NCBI RefSeq assembly: GCF_009914755.1
Contig: NC_060931.1
DNA from: the human T2T-CHM13v2.0 reference genome, Homo sapiens
DNA: 64,000 nt
Reading direction: 5' to 3' (one strand)
In this document: in pieces, positions 12,835-27,051 of the stretch
Layout: each line of letters starts with the position of its first letter
How positions within the stretch are numbered: position 1 is the first letter of the stretch
The notes under the pieces: model-generated
Seen by the model: the letters and a program-made list of their open reading frames with translations, nothing else
Told to the model about the DNA's origin: nothing
The model's database searches: none
Program-made: the position numbers and the translations under genes

Positions 12835-13865
12835 GTGTGTAATAACCACTTCAAACCAAAATAGGCACATTGAAATTTTGAACCAAAGCTTCGAGGGGAG
12901 TTACAGCATGCAACTTGGGCTGCAGACAGCACCCAAGGCTGGGAACCTAGGGGCCTGAGTCCAAGTCCCAGCTCAGAGAACAATTTCCTGTGAGACCCTG
13001 GGTACTTCACTTTCTCCTTTTGCAAAATGAGGCCAATTCTCCATGCTGGGCACATGCGAGGAACAGGTGGGTCTGTGTATCTCACAGGTGTATATATCTC
13101 ACCTCTCTAGCCCCACTCCCCTCACAGGGCTGGATAGAGAAAGCCTGCTCTAGGAGAAACAGGGCAAAGTCTGCAGTGAAGTTTAAAGTTTATAAAGAAA
13201 TGAGTTATCCATGCACAAATCAAACCACCGTCTTCGGTTGGAGGAAAACAAAGTGTCACATTGTTCTCACATTGTCTGGCTGAAGGCCAGTGTTTCTTCC
13301 ACACCCCTGCCTGCCCACACCTCGCCCTCACCCCTCCCCCTAACAGGTGCTACCTCTTTTGCCTGCTTTCCCCCCATTTTTCCCTATTTTTAATGATTTT
13401 GATGTGGAAACTTCCAGACATTAAAAAACTCTCATATACACAAATATAGTTTTTTTTAATGGAAAAAATCCTCCACATTCTGCCACTTGCTTTTTCTACT
13501 AAAAATCTTTATATTTTAATCAGCTTTATTGAGGAATAATTTACACACAACAAAATTCAGCAAGTTTATGTGTACACTTTGGTGATTTTTAACAAACGTG
13601 GACCATAGGGTGACAATCATCATGATCCCTGGATAGGACACTTTTGGACATTCCTAAATGACTGCAGGGGTTGAGTCTGCTGCTGGGAGAAGGAGACAGA
13701 GGCATCTGAGGAAGGAGCCACGGCCTGTGGGGGAGTGGGGCTAGGCAGGCCCTTAAGGATGGTGCCTCTGCCCCAGTGGGGGATAAGGGATTCCCTTCCT
13801 CAGTTTCATCATTTCTGTTCAGCAGCAAATTCACTTTGGAACTGCAAAGTTGACTTAAAAGTCTT

Positions 13866-14014
13866 TTTTTCTTTTATTTTTAATTAATTAATTTTTTTTA
13901 GAGACGAGGTCCGCTGTGTTGCCCAGGCTGGTCTCGAACTCCTGGCCTCAAGTGATCCTCCCACCTCAGCTTCCTGAGTCTCTGGGATTACAGGCGTGAG
14001 CCACTGTGCCTGGC
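13866..14014 (-). mobile_element. Alu monomer (FLAM-like)
   Basis: Single left-arm Alu with T-rich tail; 16-bp TSD TTGACTTAAAAGTCTT at 13850-13865 and 14017-14032. Confidence 0.9.
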
Positions 14015-14169
14015 TCTTGACTTAAAAGTCTTAAAAACCTAAAGCATCTAAGTGTCATTATTAAGGGTGTCCCCAGGACTCTCATCCCTGGTCCTTGTCC
14101 TGCACCTGACCCTGGCCAGAGCCTAGCCCTGGCAGTCCTGACTGCAGCCCTGTTTAGAGCTGGGTCTCT

Positions 14170-14740
14170 CAGGGGATCACGTGAGAGCGGCAGATGGCTC
14201 CAGGCCGCCAAGCCCCTGCAGCCCTGCAGAGCCACAGCTAAGTGAGGGCTGGGGCTGGCGGCTCCTGTCTGCGGGGATCCGTTCTGAAGTCCCAGGCCCC
14301 TGTGTCTCTGCAGGACTGCTGCCTGCGCCTGAAGGAAGGACAGCGTGGGGCGCAGGAGAGGGACTACACCCCAGCCAAAGGAGTCGCTTCCAGGTCCCCC
14401 AGCAAGGGAGATTTGGGCCAAATATCCAGAAACTGCTGATCCCCAAGGCCCATCCACCAGCTCCAAGCCCCCGGCCCCAGGTCTGGGCACCCTTCAGCCT
14501 GCGCATGCCTGGCGCCATCCTGAGACCGGGAGCTGCTTGTCGCCGTCGGGAAGAGGCGGCAGTTGCGCGTCATCACCACCAGGGGGCACCAGTACAGGTG
14601 GGACTAAACCCTGGGAGTTTCACCATCCACCAGACGTGCTCTCTGAGAACTTGTCAGTCCCCGCGGTCAAGGAGTCCATCTGCTAATGGGATAGACAGGC
14701 CAGCTTAAAATCTCGGCTGATATCTCTCATATCCGCCAAG
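14170..14740. promoter_or_regulatory. CpG-enriched promoter/insulator-like element with CTCF motif
   Basis: About 25 CpGs in ~550 bp; CCACCAGGGGGCAC at 14576-14589; TGCGCATGCC (NRF1-like) at 14500-14509. Confidence 0.55.
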
Positions 14741-16534
14741 ATTACATGGAAAAACCATAACATCAGCTACCCCCTATATTAAATTTAAATAATTTTAATT
14801 GTGCAAGTAGTGAGGGTACAAATAAATTTTTCTTAACAATTGAAATACTGAAATTAAAGATCATGTTCCATTTGACCATCCCCTACATCCCATCCCTTTC
14901 CTCTTTTCCCTATTTTTATAGTTCTAGACATTAAAATATATGCAAATATAGGGTTTTTTAAATTCAAAAAGCACATACATTCTACAACTTGCTTTTTTCT
15001 GCTAAAAATCTATAAATGTTAATCAGCTTTATTGAGGAATAAATTTAGGTATTATAAAAATCACCAATTTTATGTGTTCAATTTGATGAATTTTAACAAA
15101 TGTGTCCAATAGTGTAACCACCATCATGGTCACTGTATAGATTTCTGACATTCCTGAAATATTCTCTCTTAACACTTTCCAGTCAATTCACAACCTCACC
15201 TCTGCGCCCTGGCAACCTCTCATCTGCCTTCAGTTGCCACAGTTTTACTTTTTATAGAATTTCATATAGATGGAATCGTCCTGCATGGAGTTTTTGAGTC
15301 TGATGTCTTTCACTTAGCTTTTATAATGCTTTTGAGATTCATTTATATAGTTGTGTGTAAGTACTTTGTTCCTTTTTATTACTAAGTAATATTCCACTGT
15401 ATGCACATACCATAATTTACTTATCCATTCATGAGTGATGAACATTTGGGGGTGTTCCCAGGTTTTGTCCACTATGAATGAAGCTCCTATGAACGTTCTA
15501 GTACAAGTCCTTGCGTGAACGTATACTTTTGTTTTTCTTGGGGAAATACTTGGAAGGATTGTTGCGTGGTATAAGTGTATGTTTAGCTTTATGTTCATCT
15601 GCTGAATGGTTTTCTACAGAAGCTGTACCATTTTGCATTCCTACCAGCAACGTAAGAGAGTTTTAGTTGCTCCACATCCTTGCCAAGACTTGTGTTGTCA
15701 GGTTTTTACTTTAAGCCATTCTAGTAGGTGTGTAGTAGGATCTTATGATGAAATTTATATTTCTCTAATGGCTTATGGTGTTGAATATCTTTAAATGTGC
15801 TTATTTTCCATTCACATCTTCTTTGGTTAAGTGTCTATTCAAATCTTGTCCACTCATTTAAAATCAATTATCTCCTTATTATTAAGTTGTAGGAATATTG
15901 TATATAGTCTGGGTGTGAGTCCTTTGTAAGACATATATTTTAGAAATATTTTTCCTCTTTCAGTGTTTTGTCTTTTCATCTTCTTAATGTAACTATGTCT
16001 CTTTAACTTTTTATTTTGAAATAATTTTAGACTTACAGAACAATTGCAAAGATAGTACAAAAGTTCCATTCATGGCAACGTCTCACATAACCACAGTACA
16101 ATTATCAAAACTAAGAAATTAACATTAGTATGATATTATACCTAAACCACAGACCTTATTCAGATTCCACTAATGTTCTTTTTCTGTTCCAGGATTTGAC
16201 CATGTCCTCTTGGTTTCCTCTATCTGTGACAGTCAAGTATTTTGTTCAGTGTCCCTCAACTTGGATTTGTCAGATGTTTTCTCATTATTGCATTGAGGTT
16301 GTGGATTTGGGGGAAGAATACCAAATGCCCTTCTGGTTACATCATTTCATGAGGCACATGATAGGAATAGGACACCATCGCTGGTAATGGTAACCTTCAT
16401 CACTTGGTGTCTGATGGGTTTCTTCACTAAAAAGTTATAAATTTTTTCCCTTTGCATTTGGTTTGAAAGTTTGAGGGAGATACTTTGAGACCAAACAACT
16501 ATCCTTTCTTTCCTTAAACTTTTGCTTTCCTCAA

Positions 16535-16858
<324 letters not shown>

Positions 16859-19800
16859 TCATTGGTGAGTTTGCCTGCAGCAATTATTACTATGGTGTTC
16901 TAATGGCAATTTTCTATGCTTCTCATTCCAGCTACCTTTATTAACTGGAATCCTTCTGCAAGAGTTTTCTCTTCTCCATCATTTATTTATTATGTGTGAA
17001 CTGATGGCTATTTATTTTACTCCTTGGATTGTAATCCAATCCTATTTGGTTGCTCAGATGGCCAGCCTTGGCTGTTGGGAGCTCCTCTAGGTTTGCTCCT
17101 GTGTTCTTCGGCATGCTGCCAGCCTCCCTCCTCTGCCTTCTTTTCTTTCCTTTTTTTTTGAGCATTCTCCATCTTTCTGGAACCATGAGATGCTCCAGGA
17201 TTATCTTGAATTATTTTTGTCTCAGACCTGGAATCAACTTCGTCAAGCAATCTTAGTTTTTTTAATTGGAGAATGGTAAATATCATTAATACATATCAAG
17301 ATCTGTGTGCCAGCTTCTATGCAGGTGGCTCTCTCATCAGACAGAGCTAGGAAGTATATGAACGTGTACTAATTCATTTGTATGCAAATTGTCTATCTAT
17401 TAATTGATCAATCGATCAATCCACCAATTTATTGATCCATCATCTATCTATTAAAGAAAGGCGTAACTTTACACTGACACTTGTGACTGCAATCCAGCAC
17501 AATGTGTTCATTCTGGCATTTTCCCTTTACTTATTTGTAACTTTAGCTCTCATTAACTACAATCTTTCTTTGGATCTTATTATCTACAGTATATTTACTT
17601 ATTTGCCCTGTTCTACTGTACAAGTAAAATATTTTTCGACTTGTTACCTCATACTTTTGTGAAAAACAAACTTGACAAATAGAGTACAGTGTTTATAGAC
17701 CATTCTTTTAATCTTTAATCTCACGGCATCCAGGCGAAGTGCTTAGATCCAATCCTTTCTTTTTCATCTCCAGGGTGATTGTGTCATATGTTTGCAATAC
17801 AGTCAGTTTCATTGTCACAGTCTGCATTCCACCTTGGGAACCCCTGACGTCCTGTTTTGTTTTGTTTTGTTTTTAACTATTTGCATACAGTAATATTCAC
17901 TCTTTGAGGTGTACAGGTCTATGGGTTTTGGCAAATGCATGGAATCTTATATCCAAAACCACTTTATATATAGAAGGGTTTGTTAACCCTCCCAATTCCC
18001 TCATGCTGTACTTTTGTAGTCAAACCTTTCCCCCACTCCCGACCCTAGGCAATTACTTATCTGCTTTCTGTCTCTACAGTTTTTGTCTTTCCTAGAGTGT
18101 CACATAAACTGAATAATATAGTATGTAGCCTTCGGGGTTTGGTTTCTTTCTTTCACCTACCAAAGTGGATTTAAGATTCATTTACATTGTCGCATAAATC
18201 AATAGTCTATTACTCTTTATTGATGAGTCATATTATATTGTGTCACTGTTCCACAGTCTGTTTAACCATTCATCTGTTGAAAGAAAGGTGATTTCCAGTT
18301 TTTAATAATTATGAATAAAGCTACTGTAAACATCTGTGTAAAGGTAAGCATAAATGTTTGATTCACTTAGGTAAATACCCAGGAGAAGGATTGATAGTAA
18401 GTATATATTTAACTTTAAAATAAACTGCTAAAGTGTTTTGTAAATTGGTTGTACTATTTTACATTCTCATTGGAGTTCTCAGAGAGTTCCAGTTGCTTTG
18501 CATCTTGGCAAACACTTGGTTTTGTCCATTTTTAAATTTTAGCCATCCTAGTAGGTGTATAGTTTGTGGTTTGTAGCTTGTGGCTTGCATTTGCATTTCC
18601 CTAATGAAATATGACGTTGAGCATCTTTTAGATGTTACTTACCATCTGTGCATCTTTCTTTATGAAGTGACTCTTCAATTCTTTTGTTGATTTAAAAAAT
18701 TGCATTGTCTTTCTTAATGTTGAGTTTTGATGTTCTTTATGTATTCTACATACAAGTTCCTTTTTGGGCATTTAATTTGCAAATATTTTCTCTCAGTCTG
18801 TGGCTTGTCTTTTTCTTCTCCTTGCAAAGCAAAAGTTTGTAGAATTTTGTTAAAGTCTAATTTATCAAGATTTTTTCTCACATGGATTGTGGTTTTAGTA
18901 TTGTATCTAACAAGTCTTTCCCAAGCCCAAGAACATGCAGATTTTTTCCATATTTTCTTCTAGGTCATTTATTATTTTATGTTTAAATTTAGGTCTATGA
19001 TCCATTTTGAGTTAAGTCTGTAAAAGTTGTGAGGTATGGATTGAAGTTCATTTTTGCTTTTCCAAACAAATGTTCAGTTGTTCCAGCACCGTGTGTGGAA
19101 AATACTGTACTTTCTCCACTAAATTGACTTTGCACCTTTATTTAAAAATCAGTTAACTGTATTTGTGTGGGTCTATTTCTGGGCTTTCTATTTTGTTCCA
19201 TTCATCTATGTGCCTATCCTTTTGCCAATACCACACTCTCATGATCCCTGTAGCTATGTAGTAGGTGTTAAAATTGGATAGTGTGTCCTTAACTTTTTCC
19301 CACAATTCCCAGAATTGTGTTATCTATTTTAGTTTCTTTGTTTATCCATTCAAATATTAGAATCAGCTCAATTATATCTATGAAAACAGCTAACTGGGAT
19401 TATGTTGAATCTATAGATCAAATTGAGGATAATTTGCATCTTAGTAATATTGGATCTTTTAATCCATGAACACAATATAACTCCCTATTTTTTTCAGGTT
19501 TTTATTACTTTCACTTATGTTTTATAGTTTTCAGCATATTTTGTTATATTTATCTATAAGTATTTTATTTTATGAAGCTATTGTATGTAGCACTTTTAAA
19601 AGTTTGACTTCTGATTGTTAATTGCAAATACATGGAAATATAATTGATTTTGTATGTATACTTGGATCTTGCAACATTGCTAAATCTGCTTATTAGTTCC
19701 AGGATGTTTTTCTGTAGATTTATTTGGATTTTCTACATAAATTAGGGTTTCAACCAAAACAGCCAGTTTTATTTTTTCATTGAAATCTGTATACCTCTTA

Positions 19801-21719
19801 TTTCTATTTCCTGGCTTCTAACTTGATGTTGAATAGGAGTAGTGAAAGAGGACATTTTTCTTTTGTTCCCTGTTTTAGGAGGAAAGCATCACTCTTTCAT
19901 CATTTAACATAATGGCTGTAGGTGTTTTACAGGTGCTCCTTTGTCAGGTAAAGGAAGTTTCTTTTTATTCCTAGTTCACTGAGAGTTTTTGTCATGAACA
20001 GTTGTAAAATTTTGTCAAAAGCTTTCTTCTACGTATCTAGAGATAATAATATGGTTTTTCTTCTTTTGTTTGTTAATATAGTGAATTATATTGATTGGAC
20101 CTTGAATTTTGAGCCAGAAATATATATGTATGTATTTCTGGATTCAAGTTGCGAATACTTTGTTGAAGGTTATTTTGTGTATGTTTTTAAGAGATGTTGG
20201 TCTGCAATTTTCTTCTGTTGGAATGCCTGGTTTTAGTATCAGAGCAATGCTGACTTCATTGGCTGACTAGGGAAAGCACCCCTTCCTCGTTTTTTCTGGG
20301 AGAGATTGTAAAAAAAATGGATATTATTTCTTCTTTAAATGTTTGCAAAAATTCACCAGTGAAAGCTTCTAATGTTGAAGTTTACTTATTTGAAAGATTT
20401 TTTAAAAGACAAATTAGATTTCTTAATTATGCATGTCTATTCAGATTATAATTTTTTTCTTGAGTTTTATTAAAGTCTTTCACATAATTAGTCTATTTCA
20501 TGTAAGTTGTTGAATTAATGACGTACAATTGTTCATAATATTCCTTTATTATTCTTTCAACATTCATAGGATTTATAGTGATAACATTTTTTTCCTTCCT
20601 GAAATTGGTAACCTGTCTTTCTTTTCCCCTGAGGAGTTTTTCCAGATATTTATTAACTTCAATGATCTTTCTAAAAAAGCAGGCTTGGTTTCATTTGCTT
20701 TCTTTGTTGTTTTTCTTTTTCCTATTTCATTGATTTATGCTATCTTTATTATATCCTTTCTTATGCTTATTTTGTACATAAGTTGGCCTTTTCTGTTATT
20801 TTTGTGGTGGGACATTAGGTCATTGGTTTCGATATTTCTTCCTTTTAAATGTAAGCATTTGGTGCTACAAATTTCCCTCTAAGCACTGCTTTAGCTGCAC
20901 CCCATAGATTTTAATGCATTATATTTTTCTTATCAATCAGTTCAAAATATCTACTAATGTCCCTTGTGATTTCTTCTCCAACCAATATAGTATTTAGAGT
21001 ATACAGTTCAACTTCCAGATATTTGGGGATTTTCTAGACACCTTTTTATTAGTGATATCTGGTGTAATTCTATTATGGTCAGAGAAATACTTTGTATGAT
21101 TTCAATTCTTATCAATTGATTGAGACTTGTTTTGTAGCCCAGAATATGCTCTATCATGGTTAATATTCTGTGTGTACTTGAGAAGAATGTGTATTCTCTT
21201 GTACAAAATACTAGATAAAAGTTTTATTAGATAAAATATTTATGAAAGTTTTTCTATATGTCTCAATTTGTTCAAATTGGTTGTGTTGTTCAAATTATCT
21301 ATATCCTTTCTTACTTTTTAAAATGAACTGTTATATTTAAAATGAACTCTTAGTTTTAGAATAGTTTTAGATTTACGGAAAAATTGCAAAGGTAGTACAG
21401 AAAGTTGCCATCTACTTCACACCCAGTTTCCCCTATTTTTAACATCTTATAATAGTGTGATACCTTTGTTGCAACTAATGAACAAATGTTGATACATTAT
21501 TATTAACTGAAGTCTATACTTTATTCAGATTTCTTTAGTTTTTAATGTAATATCCTTTTTCTGTTTCAGGATTCCATCTAGGGCAGTACATTATATTTAC
21601 TCTTCGTATTTCCTCAGTCTCCTTTGGGCTATGACAGTTTTTCAGATTTTCCTTGTTATCGATGACCTTGACAGTTTTAGGGAATATTGGTAGTATTTTG
21701 TACAATGCTCTTCTAATGA

Positions 21720-22067
21720 TGTGGTGGGATGAATGTTTGTCATTCCCCCCAGATTCATATGTTTCTGAAATCCTAACCCTCAATGTGATGATATTAGGGG
21801 GTGGGGCCTTTGGGAGATGATTAGGCCATGAGAGTGGAGCTCTCATGAACAAGATTAATGTCCTTATAAAAGAGACCCCAGAGAGCTAACTTGTCCTTTC
21901 CACCAAGAAGATGGCTGTCTATGAACCAAAAAGAGGGCACCCACCAGACACCGAATCTGCTGACACCTTGATCTTGGACTTCCCAGCCTCCAGAGAAATA
22001 AATGTTTATTGTTAAAACCCCCCAGCCTATGGTATTTTTGTTTTGAAAGCTTGAGCAGACTAAGACA
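21720..22067 (+). mobile_element. Solo MaLR LTR (MLT1A-like)
   Basis: TG...CA termini (tgtggtgg...gactaagaca); flanks AATGA/AATGG as a decayed 5-bp TSD. Confidence 0.85.
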
Positions 22068-24121
22068 AATGGGATTTGTCTGATGTTTTCCTCATACTTA
22101 GACTGGATTTGTGGGAGAAAGACCACAGAGGTAAAGTGCAGTTGTTATCATACCATATCAAGAGCATATACTATCAGTGTAGTTTATCGTAGTTAATATT
22201 AACCTTAATCAGTTGGCTGATACAGTGTTTGTAAATTTTCTCCAGTGTAAAGTTTTTTCCTCCTTCCCATTTGTGCTCTTTGGAAGGAAGTTGGTAAGGG
22301 AAGCCTATGCTTAAGGCATGGAGAGTTATGCTCCACTTTTTGAGGCTGGGGTAGCTACATAAATTATTTGGAAGTCTGCATAGGCCATTAGTCTATTCTT
22401 CCCTTTTATCTATTTATCTAATTGTTTATTCATATAAGTTTGGATTCATGGATATATATTTGATACTCTGGGTTATAATATAATATTATTTAATTAATTT
22501 TGTTGCTCATATTGTTTCAGCTTTGGCCACTGGGAGCTCTTTCTGTTGGCTCCTGTGTCCCTCTGATATAATCCATTATTGTGGAACTTTTGAGTGCTTC
22601 CTTACTTCCTGTAACTATAAGAAGTTCCAGATTCATCCTGTATATTTCCTGCCCCAGAGTTAAATTTGGTCATTTTTTAAAGGATTCCTGATTCCTTTTA
22701 TTGTAGAATGATATTACGCACCAAGATCTGGGCATTAGATATGCTCATTGCTACTGGGGCGTCATTGCTTCTATGGTCTTATATTTGCTTTATTAATTAC
22801 CCAGGAGTACTGAAACCTCAGACTATAATTTTGGATTTGTCTATTTCTTTTTTTAAAAAAATTCCTTCTGTGCTTTCTTCATACATTTTAAAGTTTTGTT
22901 ATTAGGTACACACACATTTAGGGTTGTTATGACCTCTTGATAGGTTGATTCCGTTATCATTATGGAATGTCCGTATTTATCCTTGCTACTATTTCTTGTT
23001 TACTTTACTGAAATTTACTTTGTCTGATATTAACATAGTCACTTTAACTTTCTTTCAGTTACGTTTGCGTGGTCTGTTTCCTTTGTTTAACTTTCAACCT
23101 ATCTTTGCTTTATATTTAAAATGGGTTTCTTGGAGGCAGCATGTAGTTGGGTCTTGATTTTGTTTTCCATCTGACAATCTCTTTAACTGGAGTAATGTCA
23201 TTTACATGTAATTTATTGATTGATGTTGTTTGATTTATTCCTACAACTTTGCTATTTGCCCTTTGTCTCATCAGCTTTCTGTTTTGTCTTGCTTCTTTTC
23301 CTTTTTTTGATTAATCGTTTTTATAAGATTTATCTTATCTCTACTATTGACTAATTAATCATATCTCTTTGTTTTATTTCGTTAAAAGTAGAACCTCACA
23401 GATTTCAAATATACATAACAGTTTACCTTCAAATTATATTATACTGCTTTATATAGAATAAAAACTTTACAATTATATACTTCTCTTTTCCTCCTTCAAT
23501 CCTTTTTGCCATGTTTTCATACTTTTTACTTCTGCCTAGGCCACAAACTCCACAACATTAACTGTTAGTTGTGCTTTAAGCAATCAATCAATTATCTCTT
23601 TTTTTCACTTTTAAAATTGTGGTTAAAATATACATGACATAATTTGCCACTTTAGCCATTTAAAAATGTACGGTTTAGTGGCATTAAATACATTCATAAT
23701 GTTGTGGAAACATCTTCACCATCTAACTTTTAATCATATCAAACAGAAACTCTGTACTCATTAAAGCAACAACTCCTCATTATTTCATTTCTCCAGACTT
23801 TGGTGATTTATATTCTATTTTCTATGTCTATAAATTTGTCATTTCTAGATACCTCATATAAATGGAGTTATACAGTCTTTGTCCTTTTGTGTTTGCCTTA
23901 TGTCATTTAGCATAATGTGTTCAAGGTTCATCCATGTTGTGGCATATATCAGAATTTCATTCCTTTTTATGGTTAAATAATATTCCATTGTAGGTATAAT
24001 AAATCACATTTTGTTTATTCATTCATTTGTTGATGGTCACCCGCCTTTGGCTATCATAAATAATGTTGCTATAAATATTGGTGTACAAATATCTGTTGGC
24101 ATCTCTCCTTTAAATTTCATT

Positions 24122-24206
24122 CATATATACGTGTATGTGTGTTTGTGTGTGTGTGTACATATATATATGTGTATATATATGTGTGTGTGTGTATATATAT
24201 ATATAT
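24122..24206. repeat. Compound (TG)n/(TA)n microsatellite
   Basis: Alternating TG and TA runs. Confidence 0.85.
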
Positions 24207-24401
24207 GAGTGGAATTGCTGGGTCATATGGTAGTTCAACGTTTACCTTTTTGAGAAACTGACAAACTGTTTTCCACAGCAGCTGTGCATTTACATTTCCA
24301 CTAACAATGCCTGAGAGTTCTGATTTCTCAGCATCCTCATCAACACTTGGTATTTTCCTTAATTTTTTTAAAAAAAATAACCGCCCTAGTGGATATAAAG
24401 T

Positions 24402-26893
24402 TGCCATTGTTACGTTCGTTTGACCCTTCCAAATTTCATGTAGAAATCTGATCCCCAATGTTGGAGATGGGGCCTAATGGGAGGTATTTGGGTCATGAGG
24501 GCAGCTCCCTCATGGAGGACATATTAATGTCCTCCCTTTGGGGGTGGTGGGTGAGTACTCACTCTGTTAGTTCCTGTGAGAGCTGGTTATTTAAAAGAGC
24601 CTGGCCCCTTTGCTTCTTGCTTCCTCTTCCACTCCGTGATCCCTGCACATGTTAGATCCCATTCACCTTCTGCCATGAGTGGAAGCAGTCCGAAGCCCTC
24701 ACTAGGTGCCTATGCTGGTGCTGTGATTCTTGTACAGCCTGCAGAACCATTAACCAAAGAAACCTCTTTTCTTTATAGATTACCCAGCTTCAGGTATTTC
24801 TTTATAGCAGCACAAATGAACTAAGGCAGAAAATTGGTTACGGAGGAGTGGGATGTTGCTATAAAGATACCTAAAAATGTGGAAACAGCTTTGGAACTGG
24901 GTAATGGGCAGAAGTTGGGAGAGTTTGGAGGGCTCAGAAGAAGATAAAAATATCAGGAAAAGTTTGAAACTTCTTCAAGATTTGTTAAGTGGTGGTTTCA
25001 AAAATGCTGATAGAAATATAGAGGGTAAAGGCCAGGCTAACAAGGTCTCAGACAGAAATGAAGAACTTATGGGGAACTGGAGCAAAGGTCATCCTTGTTA
25101 AAGAACTTGTCAATGCCTAGGGCATTGTGTCCATGCCCTAGGATTTGTGGATGACCAAACTTAAGAGTAATGTTCTAGGGTATCTAGTGGAAGAAATGTC
25201 TAAGTGGCAAAGCATTCAAGAAGTGCCAGTGTTGCTTTTAGTGGCTTATGATCAGATGTGGGAGCAAAGAAATGACCTAAAAGTTGAATTTATGATTAAA
25301 AGGGAATCAGATCAGAAAAATGTGGAAAATTCTCAGCCTGGCCATGTGGTAGGGAAGGAAAGAGCATTTTCAGGAGAGAAATCCAAGGGTGCTGCAAAGC
25401 AACCTCTTGCTAGAGAGATTAGCATAGATAAAAGGGAATCTATAACTTAAAAAAATGGTAGCCAGGTGCTAATAGTCAAGACAATGGAAAAAAGTTCCTG
25501 AACGCATTTCAGAAATCTTCAAGGTGCACCTCTCAGCATAGGCTCAGAGACCTAAAAGGACAGAATAATTTTGGGGGAGAGGTCTGTGGCACTGTTGCCC
25601 TATGTTGCCTGAGGATACTGCTTCCTGCATCCCAGCCACTCTGACTCCAGCTGAGGGTCAAATGGCTTCAGGTACTGTTTGAGGTGCTTCTCTGAAGGGT
25701 GCAGCTATAAACCTTCATGGCTTCCATGTGGTGTTACGTCTGCAGGTGCACAGAATGCCAGAGCGGTGGAGGCTTGGCAGCTTTCACTTACATTTCACAG
25801 AATGTATCTGAAAGCCAGGATGCCTGCTAAAGGAGTGGAACCCCAACAGAATGACTCTACTAAGGCAATGCTACTTGGAAATATAAAGTTGGAACCCCTG
25901 CAGAGAGTCCCCACTTGGGCACTGCCTAGTGGCTATGTGGAAGCAGGACTGCTGTCCTCCAGACCTGAGAATTATTGATCCACCAGCAGCATGACACCTC
26001 AGCCTGGAAAAGCCACAGGCATTCAAGTCCAACCCATGGTGGAAGCCACAGGGCTGTTTGCAGAAAAGCCATGAGGGTGTGGCTGCCCAAGGCTTTGAGA
26101 TTTCACTCCTTGAACCAGTGGGGCTAGGATGTAGGACTGGAGTCAAAGGAGAATTTTTTTTAGCTTTAAAATTTCATGTATGCCCTGCTGAGTTTTGAAC
26201 TTGCATAGGGACTGTTACCCCTTGCTTTTGTCTTATTTCTCCTTTTTGGAATGGAAATGTTTGCCCAATGTTTGCTCTGTCATTGTATCTTGGAAGTAAA
26301 TAACTTGCTTTTGATTTTATGGGATCATATCTGTAAGAAACCCGCTTTGAGTCTCAGATGAGATTTTGGACTTTGGACTTTAAAGTTGGTGTGAAACAAG
26401 TTAAGACTTTTGAAGACTATTGGGAAGGAATGATTATATTCTCTACATGAGAAAGACATGAGATTTGGGGGTCCAGGTATGGAATACTATAGTTTATTTG
26501 AATCCTCCAAACCTCAAGTTAAAATCGGATTCCCAATGTTAAAGGTGGGGCCTAATGGTCCAATGGTTTGGGTCATGGGAGCAGATCCCTCATGAATAGA
26601 TCAGTGCCCTCCCTGGTGGGGGTGGGTGAACTGGTTCTCACTTTATTAGTTTCCACAAAAGTTGGTTGTTTAAAAGAGCCTGGCACATTCTCCCCTTGCT
26701 TCTTCTCTTACTTTGTGATCTCTGCACATGCCAGCTCCCATTCACCTTCTGTTATGAGTGGAAGCAGTTTGAGGCCCTCACAAGATGCTGGTGCCATGTT
26801 TCTTATACAGCCTTCAGAACTGTGAATGAAATAAACCTCTTTTCTTTATAGATTACCCAAGCTCAGTTATTCTTTATAGCAATGTCAAACAGA
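24402..26893 (+). mobile_element. Full-length MST-type MaLR element (LTR 24402-24828, internal 24829-26484, LTR 26485-~26893)
   Basis: Two similar LTRs; internal region starts GAAAATTGGT..GGAGTGG and ends in a purine tract before TACTATAG; no intact ORF. Confidence 0.9.
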
Positions 26894-27051
26894 GTAGTTC
26901 TATCTCATTCTGGTTTTGATTTGTATTTCCCTAATGACTAATAATGTTAAGCATTTTTTCAGTGGTGTAATCTTCGGAGAAATGTCTTTCAGGTCCTTTG
27001 CCTATTTTTGAATTGGATTGTTTAGTTTCTTATTGTTGAGTTGCATGTTCT

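Noticed and set aside
12405-13085. 226-aa minus-strand ORF sharing a peptide with ORF 5300-5731
   Set aside because: The similarity comes from the 255-bp DNA duplication; no recognisable domain and partly MIR-derived
24877-26146. Several 70-100 aa ORFs in the MaLR internal region
   Set aside because: Fragmented, decayed MaLR internal sequence; not an intact gene
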